DNA of 54,605 nucleotides from Callorhinchus milii (GCF_018977255.1 NW_024705317.1:1-54605), one strand, 5' to 3'; numbered from the stretch's first letter, positions 25,195-36,892 are shown. A program made the numbers and translations. Notes: generated from the sequence alone by a model not told the origin.

Positions 25195-26940
25195 TTACAC
25201 AAAGTAGCGCGACCTAGCGCGAGTCCGTCTGGCCGGTCCGTCGTATGGAACGGGACGTTGGCGACCGTCCGGTGTCTCCGGCAGCTCTAGACGGCACGGA
25301 TCGGGCCTGGAAGGACCGGCCCCGCCGTGGAGATCCGGCCGCCGGTGGTCGGCAGCAGTCAGTTCCGAGACACCTGGGAGCGGGTCAGGCGGAGACATGT
25401 GAGGAGCAGGCAAGGACAACTCCCCCTCAGGGTCGTCGGTCACGTCACATGCTCGGCCCTCACGACACAAGGGGAGGCCATACGGAGGCGAGAACGGTTT
25501 CAGTCGGGAGGGGTGGACGTACCAACGGCGTTTCCCCCATTTGATCTGAACGCACTGGGGGCGCGCAACCCGCACGACTTCCACGGGTCCCCGCCACGGC
25601 TTCAACAATTTAGGTGACGTGGCCAAAGGTGCCTGAGGGCAATGCAGCCAGGCCTTGTCACCTGGTTCCCAATTGTGCACGGATACCTTCCGTGCCCGCA
25701 ACCGCTCGTTCGCAATTTGGCGAGCCCGCGAATTAAGCCGTGCGGCCTCCCTTGCCTCTGTCAGTTTATGAATATTAAATTTAATATGCTCTGCCAATTT
25801 AGAATTAGTTCGTGGTGCGGGCAGACCCAGCTGCGTTTCCATGGGCGGGTCGGCTTCCCGGCCGTACATTAGAAAAAACGGGGAAAACCCCGTAGCTGCA
25901 TGGGGGGCCATTCTATACGCGGCAAGGACCCCAGGGACCTGCAGGTCCCAATCAACATGCGACTCACACACCTGCTGGCACAGCATAGAGGTCAATGTCC
26001 TGTTAAGCCTCTCCACCATCCCGTCCGTCTGCGGGTGGTACGGGGAGGTACGCACCTTTTTGGTACCCAACAGGTCGCACACCTCCTGCAGTAATTTACT
26101 CGAAAAATTTTTCCCTTGGTCAGTCAGCAAGCGTTCGGGAGCCCCCTTGTCCAGGACGTAGCCCTGGACAAAGGCGTCCGTCACAGCCGCCGCCGACTGG
26201 TTGGCGAGTGGCCACGCCATAGGCCACCGGGTAAAATATTCGACCCCCACCAACAGGTATTTATTACCCCTAGGCGTGACCGGGAAGGGCCCCAGAATAT
26301 CGAGTGCAACGAGCTCGTTAATGCGCGAGACCTGAATAGATTGCAGCGGTGGATTAGCTGCCACGGGCGGTGGTTTCCGTCTGGCGCACTCAACACAACC
26401 CTTTAGAATATTCACCACATCACCCCCCATTCCCGGCCAATAATAGTCACGCTGAAGCAGGGCAAGCGTTTTGTTAACTCCCAAATGCAAGAGGCGTTCG
26501 TGTGCGGCCAAGACAACCTTCCCCCTTACAGCAGAAGGCACCACAATCGAATGCCGCCGGGACAAACTGTCCCATCTCATCAACAGGCCCTGCTTAAGCT
26601 CGTAGGAGCCAGTTCGGTCGTGGCTACCTTCGGAACCCTCCGTCTTCCGGCGCAATGCCAGCAGGGAGCTGTCCGCCATTTGGAGACGGCCCCACTCACT
26701 CAACGACAGTGAGAGCAGCGAGTCCTGACCCCCTGGGGTAGCGGGACCATCCCCAATTGGTGTGCTCGCGGTCGCAACCAACGCCTCCCTACCTTCCGTA
26801 ACCGGAGGTTTACAGCGCGCCGATCCCGATAAGCACGCACATTTGTGACAAGGCAACAACCGCGACAGGGCATCGGCATTCGTGTGTCGCAACCCTTTAC
26901 GGTACGTAGTCGTGAACTGATAGTCCTGAAGGACTTCCAA
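25195..26940 (-). CDS. pol: Gypsy Pol C-terminal part: end of RNase H, then integrase (HHCC zinc domain, DDE core, GPY/F-like tail)
   Basis: HERLLHLG...CVEC, ALDILGP, TDQG, PYHPQTDGMVERLNRTL, KLLKPWRGP. Confidence 0.93.
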   Translation of the reverse strand: MEVLQDYQFTTTYRKGLRHTNADALSRLLPCHKCACLSGSARCKPPVTEGREALVATASTPIGDGPATPGGQDSLLSLSLSEWGRLQMADSSLLALRRKTEGSEGSHDRTGSYELKQGLLMRWDSLSRRHSIVVPSAVRGKVVLAAHERLLHLGVNKTLALLQRDYYWPGMGGDVVNILKGCVECARRKPPPVAANPPLQSIQVSRINELVALDILGPFPVTPRGNKYLLVGVEYFTRWPMAWPLANQSAAAVTDAFVQGYVLDKGAPERLLTDQGKNFSSKLLQEVCDLLGTKKVRTSPYHPQTDGMVERLNRTLTSMLCQQVCESHVDWDLQVPGVLAAYRMAPHAATGFSPFFLMYGREADPPMETQLGLPAPRTNSKLAEHIKFNIHKLTEAREAARLNSRARQIANERLRARKVSVHNWEPGDKAWLHCPQAPLATSPKLLKPWRGPVEVVRVARPQCVQIKWGKRRWYVHPSRLKPFSPPYGLPLCREGRACDVTDDPEGELSLPAPHMSPPDPLPGVSELTAADHRRPDLHGGAGPSRPDPCRLELPETPDGRQRPVPYDGPARRTRARSRYFV

Positions 26941-26949
26941 CCACGCGAC

Positions 26950-27173
26950 AATTGGCCCGAGGGCTGGGCAACCCGTAATGAATACTGGAGCGCCGCATGG
27001 TCCGTCCGGACCGTGAAATGACGACCATAGAGATATGGCCTGAATTGTTGTACAAAAAAAACAATGGCAAGTAGTTCACGACGGGTGACGCAGTAGCGCT
27101 GCTCTGCCGGCGACAACACCCTGCTACCATAGGCGACCACCCGTTCGACCCCTCCAATGACTTGGGACAGCAC
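26950..27173 (-). CDS. pol: Gypsy Pol RNase H segment (frameshifted)
   Basis: VVAYGSRVLSPAEQRYCVTRRELLAIV...FRPYLYGRHFTVRTDHAAL in ORF 26700..27173. Confidence 0.9.
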
Positions 27174-27174
27174 C

Positions 27175-27592
27175 CCCCAATGCCCGTGTTGCTAGCATCC
27201 GTGTCTAGCAAGAAGGGACTCTCGAAGTCCGGATAGCGCAAGGGTGGGGCCCTTACCAAGGCGTCCCGGAGGGAGCAGAATGCAGCCTCCTCCTCCGGCC
27301 CCCACCGGAACTTCACTCCTTTTGCCGTTAAAGCGTGCAAGGGCTTCGCAATGGTGGCGAAGTGCTCAACGAATCGGCGATAATACGAAGCAAAACCGAT
27401 GAAACTGCGCACGTCTGACACTGACGTGGGCGTCGGCCACGAACTGACACAGTCCGTCTTCGCAGGATCGGTAGAAATCCCCGAAGAGTCGACAATGTGA
27501 CCCAAATACCTCACGGATTTTCGAAAAAGATGGCATTTGGCCGGTTTAAACTTTAATTTAGCCGATCGCATTCGCAAGAACACCCCTCTCAA
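27175..27592 (-). CDS. pol: Gypsy Pol RT C-terminal, connection and RNase H start (frameshifted)
   Basis: KLKFKPAKCHLF..VRYLGH, VRSFIGFASYYRRFV and FLLDTDASNTGIG in ORF 26897..27592. Confidence 0.9.
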
Positions 27593-29256
27593 TCGCTGGA
27601 GGTGTTCTCGAACGTTTTACCGAAAACAATGACATCGTCAAGGTAAATGAGGCACGTTTCCCACTGCAAGCCCGACAAAACCAATTCCATAAGACGCTGA
27701 AACGTCGCAGGAGAGGAGTGAAGTCCCATGGGTAACCGGTTAAACTGAAACAGGCCCCCTGGAGTCCGGAATGCAGTCTTAGGCTTAGACTCCTCATCGA
27801 GTGGCAACTGCCAAAATCCGGACAATAAATCAAGAGTCGAAAAGTATCGCGCACCGGACAATGCGTCGAGAGACTCGTCCATCCTGGGGAGCGGATACGC
27901 GTCGGCCACCGAGATCTTATTCAGGCGGCGGAAATCGACGCAAAATCGCAGGGACCCGTCCTGCTTTTTAACGAGCACAATAGGTGCTCCCCAAGGACTG
28001 GAAGAAGGCGAAATAATGTCGGCTTCCAGCATATCGTTAACCGCCGACTGAACATGTTCCTTCTCAGCAGGACTCAGTCGGAAGGGATTTTGCCTGACCG
28101 GTGCCGCATCGCCCGTTTCAATGTGGTGGCGTAGCAGGTCCGTGCATCCGATATCATACTTATGTTTACTGAAGACATCCGAAAATTCAATCAGCAACCC
28201 GCGCAACGCGCCCAACTGTACCGCTGACAAATCGTCAGAGTCCGCGCACAGCATATTAATCCAATCTAGGTCCTCCTTTGATGGTACGCTATTCGTGGGG
28301 CTCGGATCAACCTGCGCAACCAGCCTCTCCTCCGCAGGGACCCGTGCCGCGTGAGCCAGCACGGTGCCCTGCTGAATGACGGCCGGCCGCGCCCCAGCGT
28401 TTAAAACCATGACAAACGGATCCCTGTCTGCCCCAACCAAAGTGTGAGCCACCGATAAATCGAGACCTCCAACAGCCCTATTAGAAGGACCCAAAAGCAT
28501 GGCCTGTTCCGAGGCCTCCTTCCCCCATGGCTTCCGTAACCGGAGGGGAACCAACATTTGTGAACCCGGGGGCACGTGCACGGTCTGTGTTGCTAACGCC
28601 TGAATGGTAGCGCACGCCGTCCGAATTACATTAGGGCTCGTCAAAAATGAAATACGGCGACCCGATGGCAGTTCAATGCAACGCTGATCAATGAGAATTT
28701 TGATGGGCATTTTCGCCAAAAAATCAGTGCCCAATAGGCAAGGAACCGCCAGGGAAGATGAAACGAAAACGGGTCCCGACAATTTGATATCACCAATGCA
28801 AATGGACGCCCTAATCTGACCGATAATGCCCAACGATCCCCCGTTAGCGGCGTAAAATGGCACATCGACCGGAAGAAGCGGACGACATTGTACCGGGAGA
28901 ATATTATAAATGAGATCCGAAATAATAGTCGCCGATGCCCCCGTGTCCACTAACACCCTGACCTCGACCCCATCAATCGATCCGGTAACGACGGATGAAC
29001 CCGCTGAGGCAGCCACAATTCTGTGCCCCAATTCCGACCATTTAATGTCTCCCCGGTCCCGGCCGAACCCCCCTCTCCGAACCGAACCTCCGAACTCTAC
29101 TCGGCTCTCCCTCGTCGCAACGCGACGACCCATACGTGTCGAGTATGCGGGCCAAGCATGTGAGGTGCCGCGACTTGCCGGGGTTTGCAGTGATGACTTG
29201 GGGCCTTGGTCGTCGTCCAGCCGAGGTCCCATGGCGCGCTGACGTGGGGCCGGCAA
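27589..29256 (-). CDS. pol: Gypsy Pol aspartic protease and reverse transcriptase N-terminal part
   Basis: LVDTGAS protease motif; SPWGAPIVLVKKQDGSLRFCVDFRRLN, LDLLSGFWQ, MGLHSSPATFQRLM and YLDD. Confidence 0.93.
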   Translation of the reverse strand: MPAPRQRAMGPRLDDDQGPKSSLQTPASRGTSHAWPAYSTRMGRRVATRESRVEFGGSVRRGGFGRDRGDIKWSELGHRIVAASAGSSVVTGSIDGVEVRVLVDTGASATIISDLIYNILPVQCRPLLPVDVPFYAANGGSLGIIGQIRASICIGDIKLSGPVFVSSSLAVPCLLGTDFLAKMPIKILIDQRCIELPSGRRISFLTSPNVIRTACATIQALATQTVHVPPGSQMLVPLRLRKPWGKEASEQAMLLGPSNRAVGGLDLSVAHTLVGADRDPFVMVLNAGARPAVIQQGTVLAHAARVPAEERLVAQVDPSPTNSVPSKEDLDWINMLCADSDDLSAVQLGALRGLLIEFSDVFSKHKYDIGCTDLLRHHIETGDAAPVRQNPFRLSPAEKEHVQSAVNDMLEADIISPSSSPWGAPIVLVKKQDGSLRFCVDFRRLNKISVADAYPLPRMDESLDALSGARYFSTLDLLSGFWQLPLDEESKPKTAFRTPGGLFQFNRLPMGLHSSPATFQRLMELVLSGLQWETCLIYLDDVIVFGKTFENTSSD

Positions 29257-29960
29257 CCGGAGGCCACGTGGCCACGAAGGCCGCAGTTATAGCAGGTGAT
29301 GACAGTAGTCGGAGATCTCGGTTGCTCCAGCTTGCGGGCCGCTCGCAGAGGCGAACGACCCCCCGACCTCCAGTCCCCCGCTCGTCCCGCGATGAACGCG
29401 TCCTCTCGTGGGCTGACGACTTGGGGCACGGTGTCAACCGGAGCCGGAGTTGAGGCCACGGCAGCGTTGCAGACGACCCCCTGCTTTCGTTGGAGGACCT
29501 CGTGCGCTTGCATGCTCGTGGCGACCCGTAATGAAGAAATATCGGTGTCGTCGGCCGTGTTGATGGGGACCCCCAGGTCCTGCGCCAACTTGAGCAGCTG
29601 CTCCAAAACCATCGCATCTTGGCCCTCCTCGTCCATACGAGGGAACGCGGCGTCAGCGAGAGCGAGCAACGCCGTGCGGTAGGCGAGCACGGTCTCCGTG
29701 TCCGCCTTCCGTCTTGCGTAGAAATGATGGCGGCACGCCGAGGGCGGACCGTAGACTTTTGCCATGAGAGCCAGCGCATCCTTGAGCGTGGAGCGGTCCG
29801 ACCTGCGTGCGGACGTGAAGGCCGCGAGCGCGTTGTCGTCCAGCATGGCAGGCAGCGCCCGCAGTGCCGTAGCGTCGGACCAGGCGGACATCTCTTGATG
29901 CGCCAAAAATCTGCGCTGAAATAGGCTCCAATCCCCGCCTTCCGCCTTGAATGCTGACAA
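29097..29960 (-). CDS. gag: Gypsy Gag (capsid-like region and CCHC zinc knuckle)
   Basis: F...GGDWSLFQRRF capsid-like start and CYNCGLRGHVASGC (CX2CX4HX4C). Confidence 0.88.
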   Translation of the reverse strand: MSAFKAEGGDWSLFQRRFLAHQEMSAWSDATALRALPAMLDDNALAAFTSARRSDRSTLKDALALMAKVYGPPSACRHHFYARRKADTETVLAYRTALLALADAAFPRMDEEGQDAMVLEQLLKLAQDLGVPINTADDTDISSLRVATSMQAHEVLQRKQGVVCNAAVASTPAPVDTVPQVVSPREDAFIAGRAGDWRSGGRSPLRAARKLEQPRSPTTVITCYNCGLRGHVASGCRPHVSAPWDLGWTTTKAPSHHCKPRQVAAPHMLGPHTRHVWVVALRRGRAE

Positions 29961-30471
29961 CGTGGGAAGGCGCTGCTGAAAATAAAGTCGTCCTCCTCCT
30001 CGTGCTTCCTCTCTGCCCCCCGTCGGTGTGTAAGATGGCGGCCCCAGCGGCGGGTGTGTAATGGCGGTCCGCCGCGCGCGTTGGTGACGTCAGCGGCCGC
30101 GCATGGAGAACCGCTGCCACGTGGTGATGGCCGTTCCCGCCAAAAGTTGGAGCGGATGAAACGGCGGGAATCGCCAAATCGTTTTGGCGGGAATCTGCAG
30201 AGCGACCCTGTAGCACGTCGGCCGCCGTCCCCGCTCCTCCCGACGAGCTGATCTCCGCCAAGATGGACGCGGCGGCGAGCAGCAGGTCCGCCAGACGGGA
30301 GTGTGCCTCGCGAAGCACGGTGTCAGTCCCCCGTCTCTCGTCCGGCGCCGTCGGTGGATCCTGCCCCGTGGGCAGCTCCTCTTCCTCACCCCCTGATGCC
30401 CGCTGGCCCGCGTCGTCGAGGTTGTCCTCGTGGTCAATCCCGTGGGTCCGACGGTTCCTCCTTGTATCCAT
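29961..30471 (-). CDS. gag: Probable Gag N-terminal low-complexity extension (frameshifted from the capsid part)
   Basis: The ATG at 30471 lies just after the PBS. ORF 29653..30471 (MDTRRNRR...) runs into the capsid region in another frame. Confidence 0.6.
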
Positions 30472-30487
30472 GCTTGGAGGACCGTTT

Positions 30488-30501
30488 CACTTCTGACGCC
30501 A
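30488..30501 (-). other. Primer-binding site, tRNA-Leu-like
   Basis: TGGCGTCAGAAGTG lies 2 nt after the 5' LTR, one mismatch from the tRNA-Leu complement TGGTGTCAGAAGTG. Confidence 0.75.
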
Positions 30502-30503
30502 GT

Positions 30504-31308
30504 TGAAGTATGGGAATTGACGGCAGGAACTTCTTGACGGGTAACACACTTTTATTAAATCCTTCAGGTATCACAATACAACGTGTGGTCTTCCTTCTTC
30601 CTCCGACACACTCCACTAATCTCGTGTAAGCTCTAGGCCTCTGGCTACACACCATACACTCGACTCGTGTAAGCCCTATGCCTCTGGCTACACAATACAC
30701 TCGACTCGTGTAAGCCCTATGCCTCTGGCTACACAATACACTCGACTCGTGTAAGCCTATGCTCTGGCTACACAATACACTCGACTCGTGTAAGCCCTAT
30801 GCCTCTGGCTACACAATACACTCGACTCGTGTAGACCTCTGGCTACACACACTACACTCGCCTCTGGGTTACACAGAGTCCCGGTCCCCTTAGGACAGCG
30901 GGGCTAGGTACCGCAGGGCTCTAGGTCTTCATCCCCGTCTTCATTCTTCGCTGGTTACACACTGCCCTTACGCCTGTGTGCATCCCCTTTTATAGCCCCT
31001 GCTCACGAGAGGCGGAGCTGATGCGTCCATTCAGCATGAGCATCGCTCCTTAATAAACCAATCACGACGCACTCTCTTTACGATCCGGTTTCCCCAGCGC
31101 GTGTTAACACTCCTCCACCAATCCCACCGCGCTGCCACCCGGTCACTCCCTCTCAGCATATCACCGGTCCACAGCCAATCAGTACCCCGTAACCCACGAC
31201 CCCGCGCTGACCCCTGATCCTCCACCGTCAGCGCGCGTCACCACCTACACAGCCAATCCTCACACACTGTGCATACGATCCTTAATCCCAGCGCGTATCA
31301 CCTCTACA
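30504..31308 (-). repeat. 5' LTR
   Basis: Copy of 24128-24932; the only differences seen are two 1-nt indels in the tandem array. Confidence 0.95.
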
Positions 31309-32069
31309 CTATTATGAAAATGTATCAAAATGCTTGAGGCTCAGAAAGGAACATTCTTGCTCGCTCCTCAAAAAGACATAGTGACAGTAATATGATTTAA
31401 CAATGTTAATAATACGCTGGAAACAACTAATTAAAAACTAAATTGAAGTGGCATACATTAGCCTGAATTATTCAAACTATTGAAATATGCTGAGACACAT
31501 TGCCTTAAGAACCATAGATAGCTCGTAACCATTCAGTAAATGGTTATATGTAGATATGATGGTGTTGTAGGAGTGCACACGTGATGAATGTTGTACAAAT
31601 GTGTGACTGTGCGTGTATTTCTACATACATATGCGTGAGACCTAAAATGTGGTCTTTAATTTCTAATGATTCATAACAGTCGCAGTTTACAGATGCACAC
31701 AGTATTAGCCCATTAGCCAGGATTAGGGAGGTTTGTCAGTATGACCTGGGGTGGAAATGACTACCATTATCCACTCTAAACGAGTAAGGACAATTTTGGA
31801 ACTTTTTGGATTTTCATTGTGTACTAATGTCTAATGTTTTTTGTGCTAACAATAATGACGTCCCCCAATGTCACACGATACCATAAAAGTGTGGAAGTGA
31901 CGTCATATAAATGATGTTATATGACATAATTTCAGTGAAATTAGCATGTTAATTTATCTCACGTTCGCCGTGGAGGTCTTCCTCTGATCTTACATTAACG
32001 GGCTAATTTCTCACATTAACATAACTAGCCCGCCCACTTCGTTTATGACCCTTGGGCTACACACATTTC

Positions 32070-32284
32070 AAACCTTTAAAACAGTCTGCCTCAGCAGCTT
32101 TCCTATCTTTTTTCCTCCTGATGACGACCGCTTGCGTTGCGATCGAAACGTCGTAGTTTTTTGTTATTTTTTATTATTTTCTTTGAACCTATCTACGTGA
32201 CTTTACCGAAAAAACCAAAGAGTATGGATCCCTGCAGTCACGAAAACTTCAAATCTAGATTTTACCGAAAGACCAAAAGAATAT
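32070..32284 (+). mobile_element. PLE pseudo-LTR fragment (family B) with hammerhead core and short direct partial repeat
   Basis: CTGATGA 32118-32124 and GAAACGTC 32145-32152, tail GTCACGAAAACTTCAAATCTAGA, then a repeated TTTACCGAAAGACCAAAAGAATAT. Confidence 0.75.
32112..32158 (+). ncRNA. Minimal hammerhead ribozyme motif (partly degenerate)
   Basis: CTGATGA-C-GACCGC-TTGCGTT-GCGATC-GAAACGTC. Stem II has one mismatch and stem I is weak. Confidence 0.55.
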
Positions 32285-33496
32285 TTGTAAAATGTTATTC
32301 TCCGTTAAACATATTACAGTGTCCTTCTTTAACAATCTCTTTCGATGAAAGCTATCACGGTGACCTTGCTTTGAGGCATATTTGTGATCTAAATATAAAA
32401 TGCTTTGAACAAAATCGTTGTTAGAATTGTGCCACCCTGGCTGGTACCAGTAAACCATTTTTAGGCCATTGGCTCAAGGGCATCCGTATTAGTGGTAGTA
32501 GTTACAGTTGTCAGTGTGCTGCCGTTTTGTGCAGTGTGGACATGGAGCGGATACATGCGTATGTTTGTGAATGCATACATACGGGCACGTAGTGGGCTTT
32601 GTACTTGAATAGCAACCGCCATAACCTACGCATAAGGACTCTGAGACAAGCCACAGTTTAATATATATTTAAGAACACCCGTATGATCATGTGCATTCAT
32701 GTTTATGTGGGTCATGTGACGGGGAACAAACTGTCCCTTTGTTGTACCGTGGTATAAGTGTACATTCAGTATGATGTGGTAATTAAATTAAAATAATAGA
32801 GCACAGTGGGTGCCACAGCGGTCAGCCAACTGTATTATGAACCAGAAATATGAGTTGGTATTCTTGCCACGGTTAACATCACTGCCAAGTGTCATGAAGT
32901 ATGAACAAATAACCCATACAACCAATACAGCATTGGTGAGCCTTCATCCATCAAATAACGATGAAGAGACCACGGCAGCAACCCTTGAAATGTAGTTTTT
33001 TAATAGAAACAAACAAGTAGGACATTACGTGTAATGCTCTTTCCGTATAACATGTTGGACAACACAACACTTTAAGATAAAAGCCCTCAACCAGATTATG
33101 AACCATTTTTTATAAAGCCTGCCAAAGCCACCGAGAGGGAAGGATTAACACTTAGTCTGGAACCTCTGCGCTTCTGGCGGATAATTAATTACTCACAGTG
33201 GTTCAGATTGCACAGAGGGCCTTTACGTGTGAATACTGCAGCACGTTTGGTAGCATGGGTGGCTCAGATGTGGCCGTTGGTGACAAAAATGTGCCTGAAG
33301 GAGAGGGGGACTCAAGAGATATGTGCACTGATGATGGACAGAGGGAGGTAGAGGTAAATGAAAAAGAAGTCGTGTAAAATGCCAGGGTGGATGTTTGTTC
33401 CCTCAACCCCTATGTAGATCTCTGTGGCCATGAAATATAAATCTAGAACTAAAACTGTGATAATGTGGTTCAAAATTTATTATTTTCACATTAAAT

Positions 33497-33631
33497 TTCG
33501 ATTTAAAGCTTTCGTGACTGCAGGGATTAATCTTCTTGGTTCTTTCGGTAAAGTCACATAGAAGGGAAATAATAAAAGAATAAAAAATTTACATAATTAA
33601 ATACAATTCTCACATTGTTTGTGAGAATTGT
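33497..33631 (-). mobile_element. PLE terminus (family A) with short internal inversion
   Basis: TCGATTTAAAGCTTTCGTGACTGCAGGGATT...GTCACATAGAAGGGAAAT and an ACAATTCTCAC/GTGAGAATTGT hairpin. No clear TSD. Confidence 0.75.
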
Positions 33632-33689
33632 TTTTTTCGTGGTTGTGAAAATCTACGTGGGTGGATGGGGACTCGCAGTGATGAATGCA

Positions 33690-33900
33690 ATGTGCTATGA
33701 ACCCACAAACCCGAGTGTGATTTCGGACCATGGCTAACATCAGTGGTAAATGATATCTGAACCTGTGCTGCCCCTTCCCGCCACCTTCATAAACATGCAC
33801 TGACCAGCACGGTGACGTATAGTGAAATAACAACCAATGGACCAACAACATTGGCTTTTGGGTGGCCCCATTCAGCAATTAATAAAAAAGGGCTGTAAAT
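33690..33900 (+). mobile_element. Degenerate tRNA-derived SINE
   Basis: CTATGAACCCACAAACCCGAGTGTGATTTC head and GCACTGACCAGCACGGTGA core, as in 17205 and 44464. Confidence 0.5.
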
Positions 33901-35548
33901 TTATGAATGAGTAACTCATTACTGTATACTTACATACGTTTTCGAGTGACCAGCAGTGGCATGAGCAAGAAACAATATAGGCCAGTCTTTGACTGTTCGA
34001 AGTCTTTAGCACTTATTAAGTTAGAGCGCAGTGTATATGGACTTTTAAGTGCCGTGCCACTGTTTAGCACATCACTTGATGTTTAAATGCTCATAATAGC
34101 CATAATCTCTAATAATAAATCCTTTAATCCTATCCATTAGTCTATGAAATAAAGCCAAGTACAGGCATTAGTGCTTACAAATACCAGCAGAAATAATGCT
34201 CGGTTATGCCGGGCTCAGCCTGGATTCCTATATAACTTCCAGTATAATATATAGTTCGGAGTACAGGCATGTAGGGCGAAATATTATACTGTATATGACT
34301 CCATGACCCTGGTGGGACAAAATATGGATCGTTTAAGGGTTAAAGGGACTAGATATGACTGCGCGTTTATATATTTGATTTAATATACACTTGTATTTTT
34401 TTCCTGAAATGAATTCAAGCATGCTATTTGCATCTTGTCTTGAGAGGAAGAATCCATCAAAAATGTCACGGCGCAGCATCACTCTCTATCTCTCTACGTC
34501 TCCTGAACATGTCTGCGCAAGGCATTTTTCACTTACGGAAAATCCTACACGCGGCCTTTTTATCCTCGACACAGCAGGGGGTCACAACTTCCCATACATT
34601 AAGTTTATGGGACTATTGCATGGCAGTCAACTTACTAAAGTTTTACGACCTTGGGTGGCACAGTACGAATTTCTGCTCCGGCCCATTGAGTAGCACGAAA
34701 AGCCAATCCCCCCGTTTCTGCTGCTGTAGCATAGGAAAATATAGTTGGCAAACAGGGCATAGTTTTCCATAACAAGACGTAAACAATGGCAGAGTTTAAA
34801 CAGAATGGATGCATTGCGCCAAACAAATGTGGTTGTGAGACGTCATCGGAAGAAGTGTGAACGTATACACACGATTTGATATACGCAGCAGTGCATTTTG
34901 CACGTGTGTAGACGATTGCTCACGCAAGCGAGCTACAATGGTTCTCACGCGTCACGAAATTGTCTGCAAAAGGGCCATTGTATGTTCAGGTGGAGAATTG
35001 TCAGTGATTGGCGCATTACTGTGATTAATGTCCGTTAATGAATGTTCGTTGTAGATTAATGAAGCCTCTTGATGACCCGGGGAAAGCTCGCTTTTGGACT
35101 AAACTAGCAAGGAGCAATCCAGTAGTGTAATTGGTGTATGGATGAGGGTAACTGGTAAAATAAATTGATGCTGCTATTTCGGTGACCGTACACCAGTTAA
35201 TCAAAAATCTATTGAAAACCTGTTTTTTTCTCTGAGCACGAGATCTTCTTAAAGGTCCCATAGGCATGTTGGTCAAATGTCAAACAGTTCCTTTTCATTA
35301 AGTTAAAAGGACCATTTCTTATATTTGTGATTGAATTAGCGAGGGAGATCAATTTCGTCTACTCGTATACAAAGGGGAACACAAACACAGGCAGAGAGGG
35401 TAGATACACTAGGGGGTTTGGGTCAAGATCTCAGTGGTTTTCAGGCTGCACCTCTTTCACACACACACGTGCAGTATATAAAAGGTAAAAGCGCAGCCCT
35501 GAAATTGCTTGCTCGCGACGCTGCTAGCGGAAGAGACCTTTACTAGAG

Positions 35549-36029
35549 CAGTGGTTCTCAACCTTGTTTTGGCGACTGTGCCCCCTCGTTGAATTTCGTT
35601 TCTACCCAACGTGCTTCTGAGAAATAAATGCATGAAAAATTAACAAAAATATTTTAAACAATTGTCCATTTTGTGAGGTTATCCTAACTAGCGAGAAACT
35701 GCAAGCGAATAAAATACAACGGACGCTCTGCACGTGTGACATAATGTGTCCGTGCTCGCTGGTTACTCTTGGAAACCGCATTGTTTACGATCAATGAGAT
35801 TAGAAAGGTATTTTATATCGTTCTACGTAACCACATGGATTGGACATTTCTCGTAGTTATCTTATATTGGCAGATACATACATGATTATTCACCAATTAC
35901 TCTCATTAATGATATAATGTCACACATTTTTAAATCACCTCACGTACCCCCCTGGGACATTGCCACGTCCACCCATGGGTCCACGTGTACCCCCATGGGC
36001 CCGCGCGTACCCCCGGTTGAGAAGCACTG
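35549..36029. mobile_element. hAT-Charlie MITE
   Basis: TIRs CAGTGGTTCTCAACC / GGTTGAGAAGCACTG (14 of 15 match). Flanks TACTAGAG / CTCTAGAG. Subterminal CGTACCCC repeats. Confidence 0.8.
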
Positions 36030-36626
36030 CTCTAGAGGGAGCTCGAGAGGGCATTTCTACCTCTTCCAAGCTGACCAGATTCCTTGGAAGAGTTGGGAGT
36101 TACCCACAATTTATCACACTATAGAAGCGACCTGCCGATCGCCTTGTGGTGTACACATTTATACTTCTGGGTCGACAGAGGCGATGGGATGAAAACAAGA
36201 AAAACTTGCCCATTGTTTCAACTGCCAGTCTGGGAGGTCGAACGGGTGACCTCAATATTGCAATTATATTGTGCTGACCACGCTACTCCTGAAGAAAAAA
36301 AAATCCATGTTACCCTATATTAGTGCGGTTTGGGCTCGTAGCGTAATTATCGAATCACGCTTGAATGAGGTGGATCTCAATGGATGTTTTTTTGTTTCGA
36401 GCTAAGCAGGTTTAAGCCTAGAAAATGCGAGCACGGGTGACCACCATGCATAAAACAGGCGTTGCTGCTGCGAGGATATATTGCCAGCAGAGGGCAGTGT
36501 GGTGAATTCCATTGTAATTGAGGATGCTTCAACGGTCCACTCTCCCCCGCCTTCACCAACCCACACTGACCAGCGTGACTAAGAATGGTGAAATAATCCT
36601 CGATTTACACTATGGGAACCTCGTTT

Positions 36627-36892
36627 GCCAGTAAAAATACGATAATTGGTTGTTTACCCTTCTATCTGGCAACAAAACTGACACCTTTCTACAAGGAGTC
36701 ATGTTTGCATAGACCGCAATACCTCCAGTCATAATACAAACAAAAGACATAACTCTGATCATGTGCACTGTCCTATCAGAGTTATGTCTTTTGTTTGTAT
36801 TATGACTGCAGGTATTGCGGTCTATGCAAACATGACTCCTTGTAAAAATGTGTCAGTTTTGTTGCCAGATAGAAGGTAAACAACCAATTAAT
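36627..36892 (-). mobile_element. Asymmetric fold-back insertion (family D), PLE-type architecture
   Basis: Inverted arms of about 117 bp (36643-36759, 36775-36890), 15-nt loop, 16-nt unpaired tail and TSD CCTCGTTT (36619-36626, 36893-36900). Confidence 0.75.

Larger units (their letters stand above)
24128..31308 (-). mobile_element. Full-length Ty3/Gypsy LTR retrotransposon
   Basis: Two 805-bp LTRs (TG...CA), PBS, PPT, gag with a CCHC knuckle and pol in PR-RT-RH-IN order. Confidence 0.97.

Noticed and set aside
25245..30506. Plus-strand ORFs inside the Gypsy element
   Set aside because: Antisense shadows of GC-rich gag/pol.
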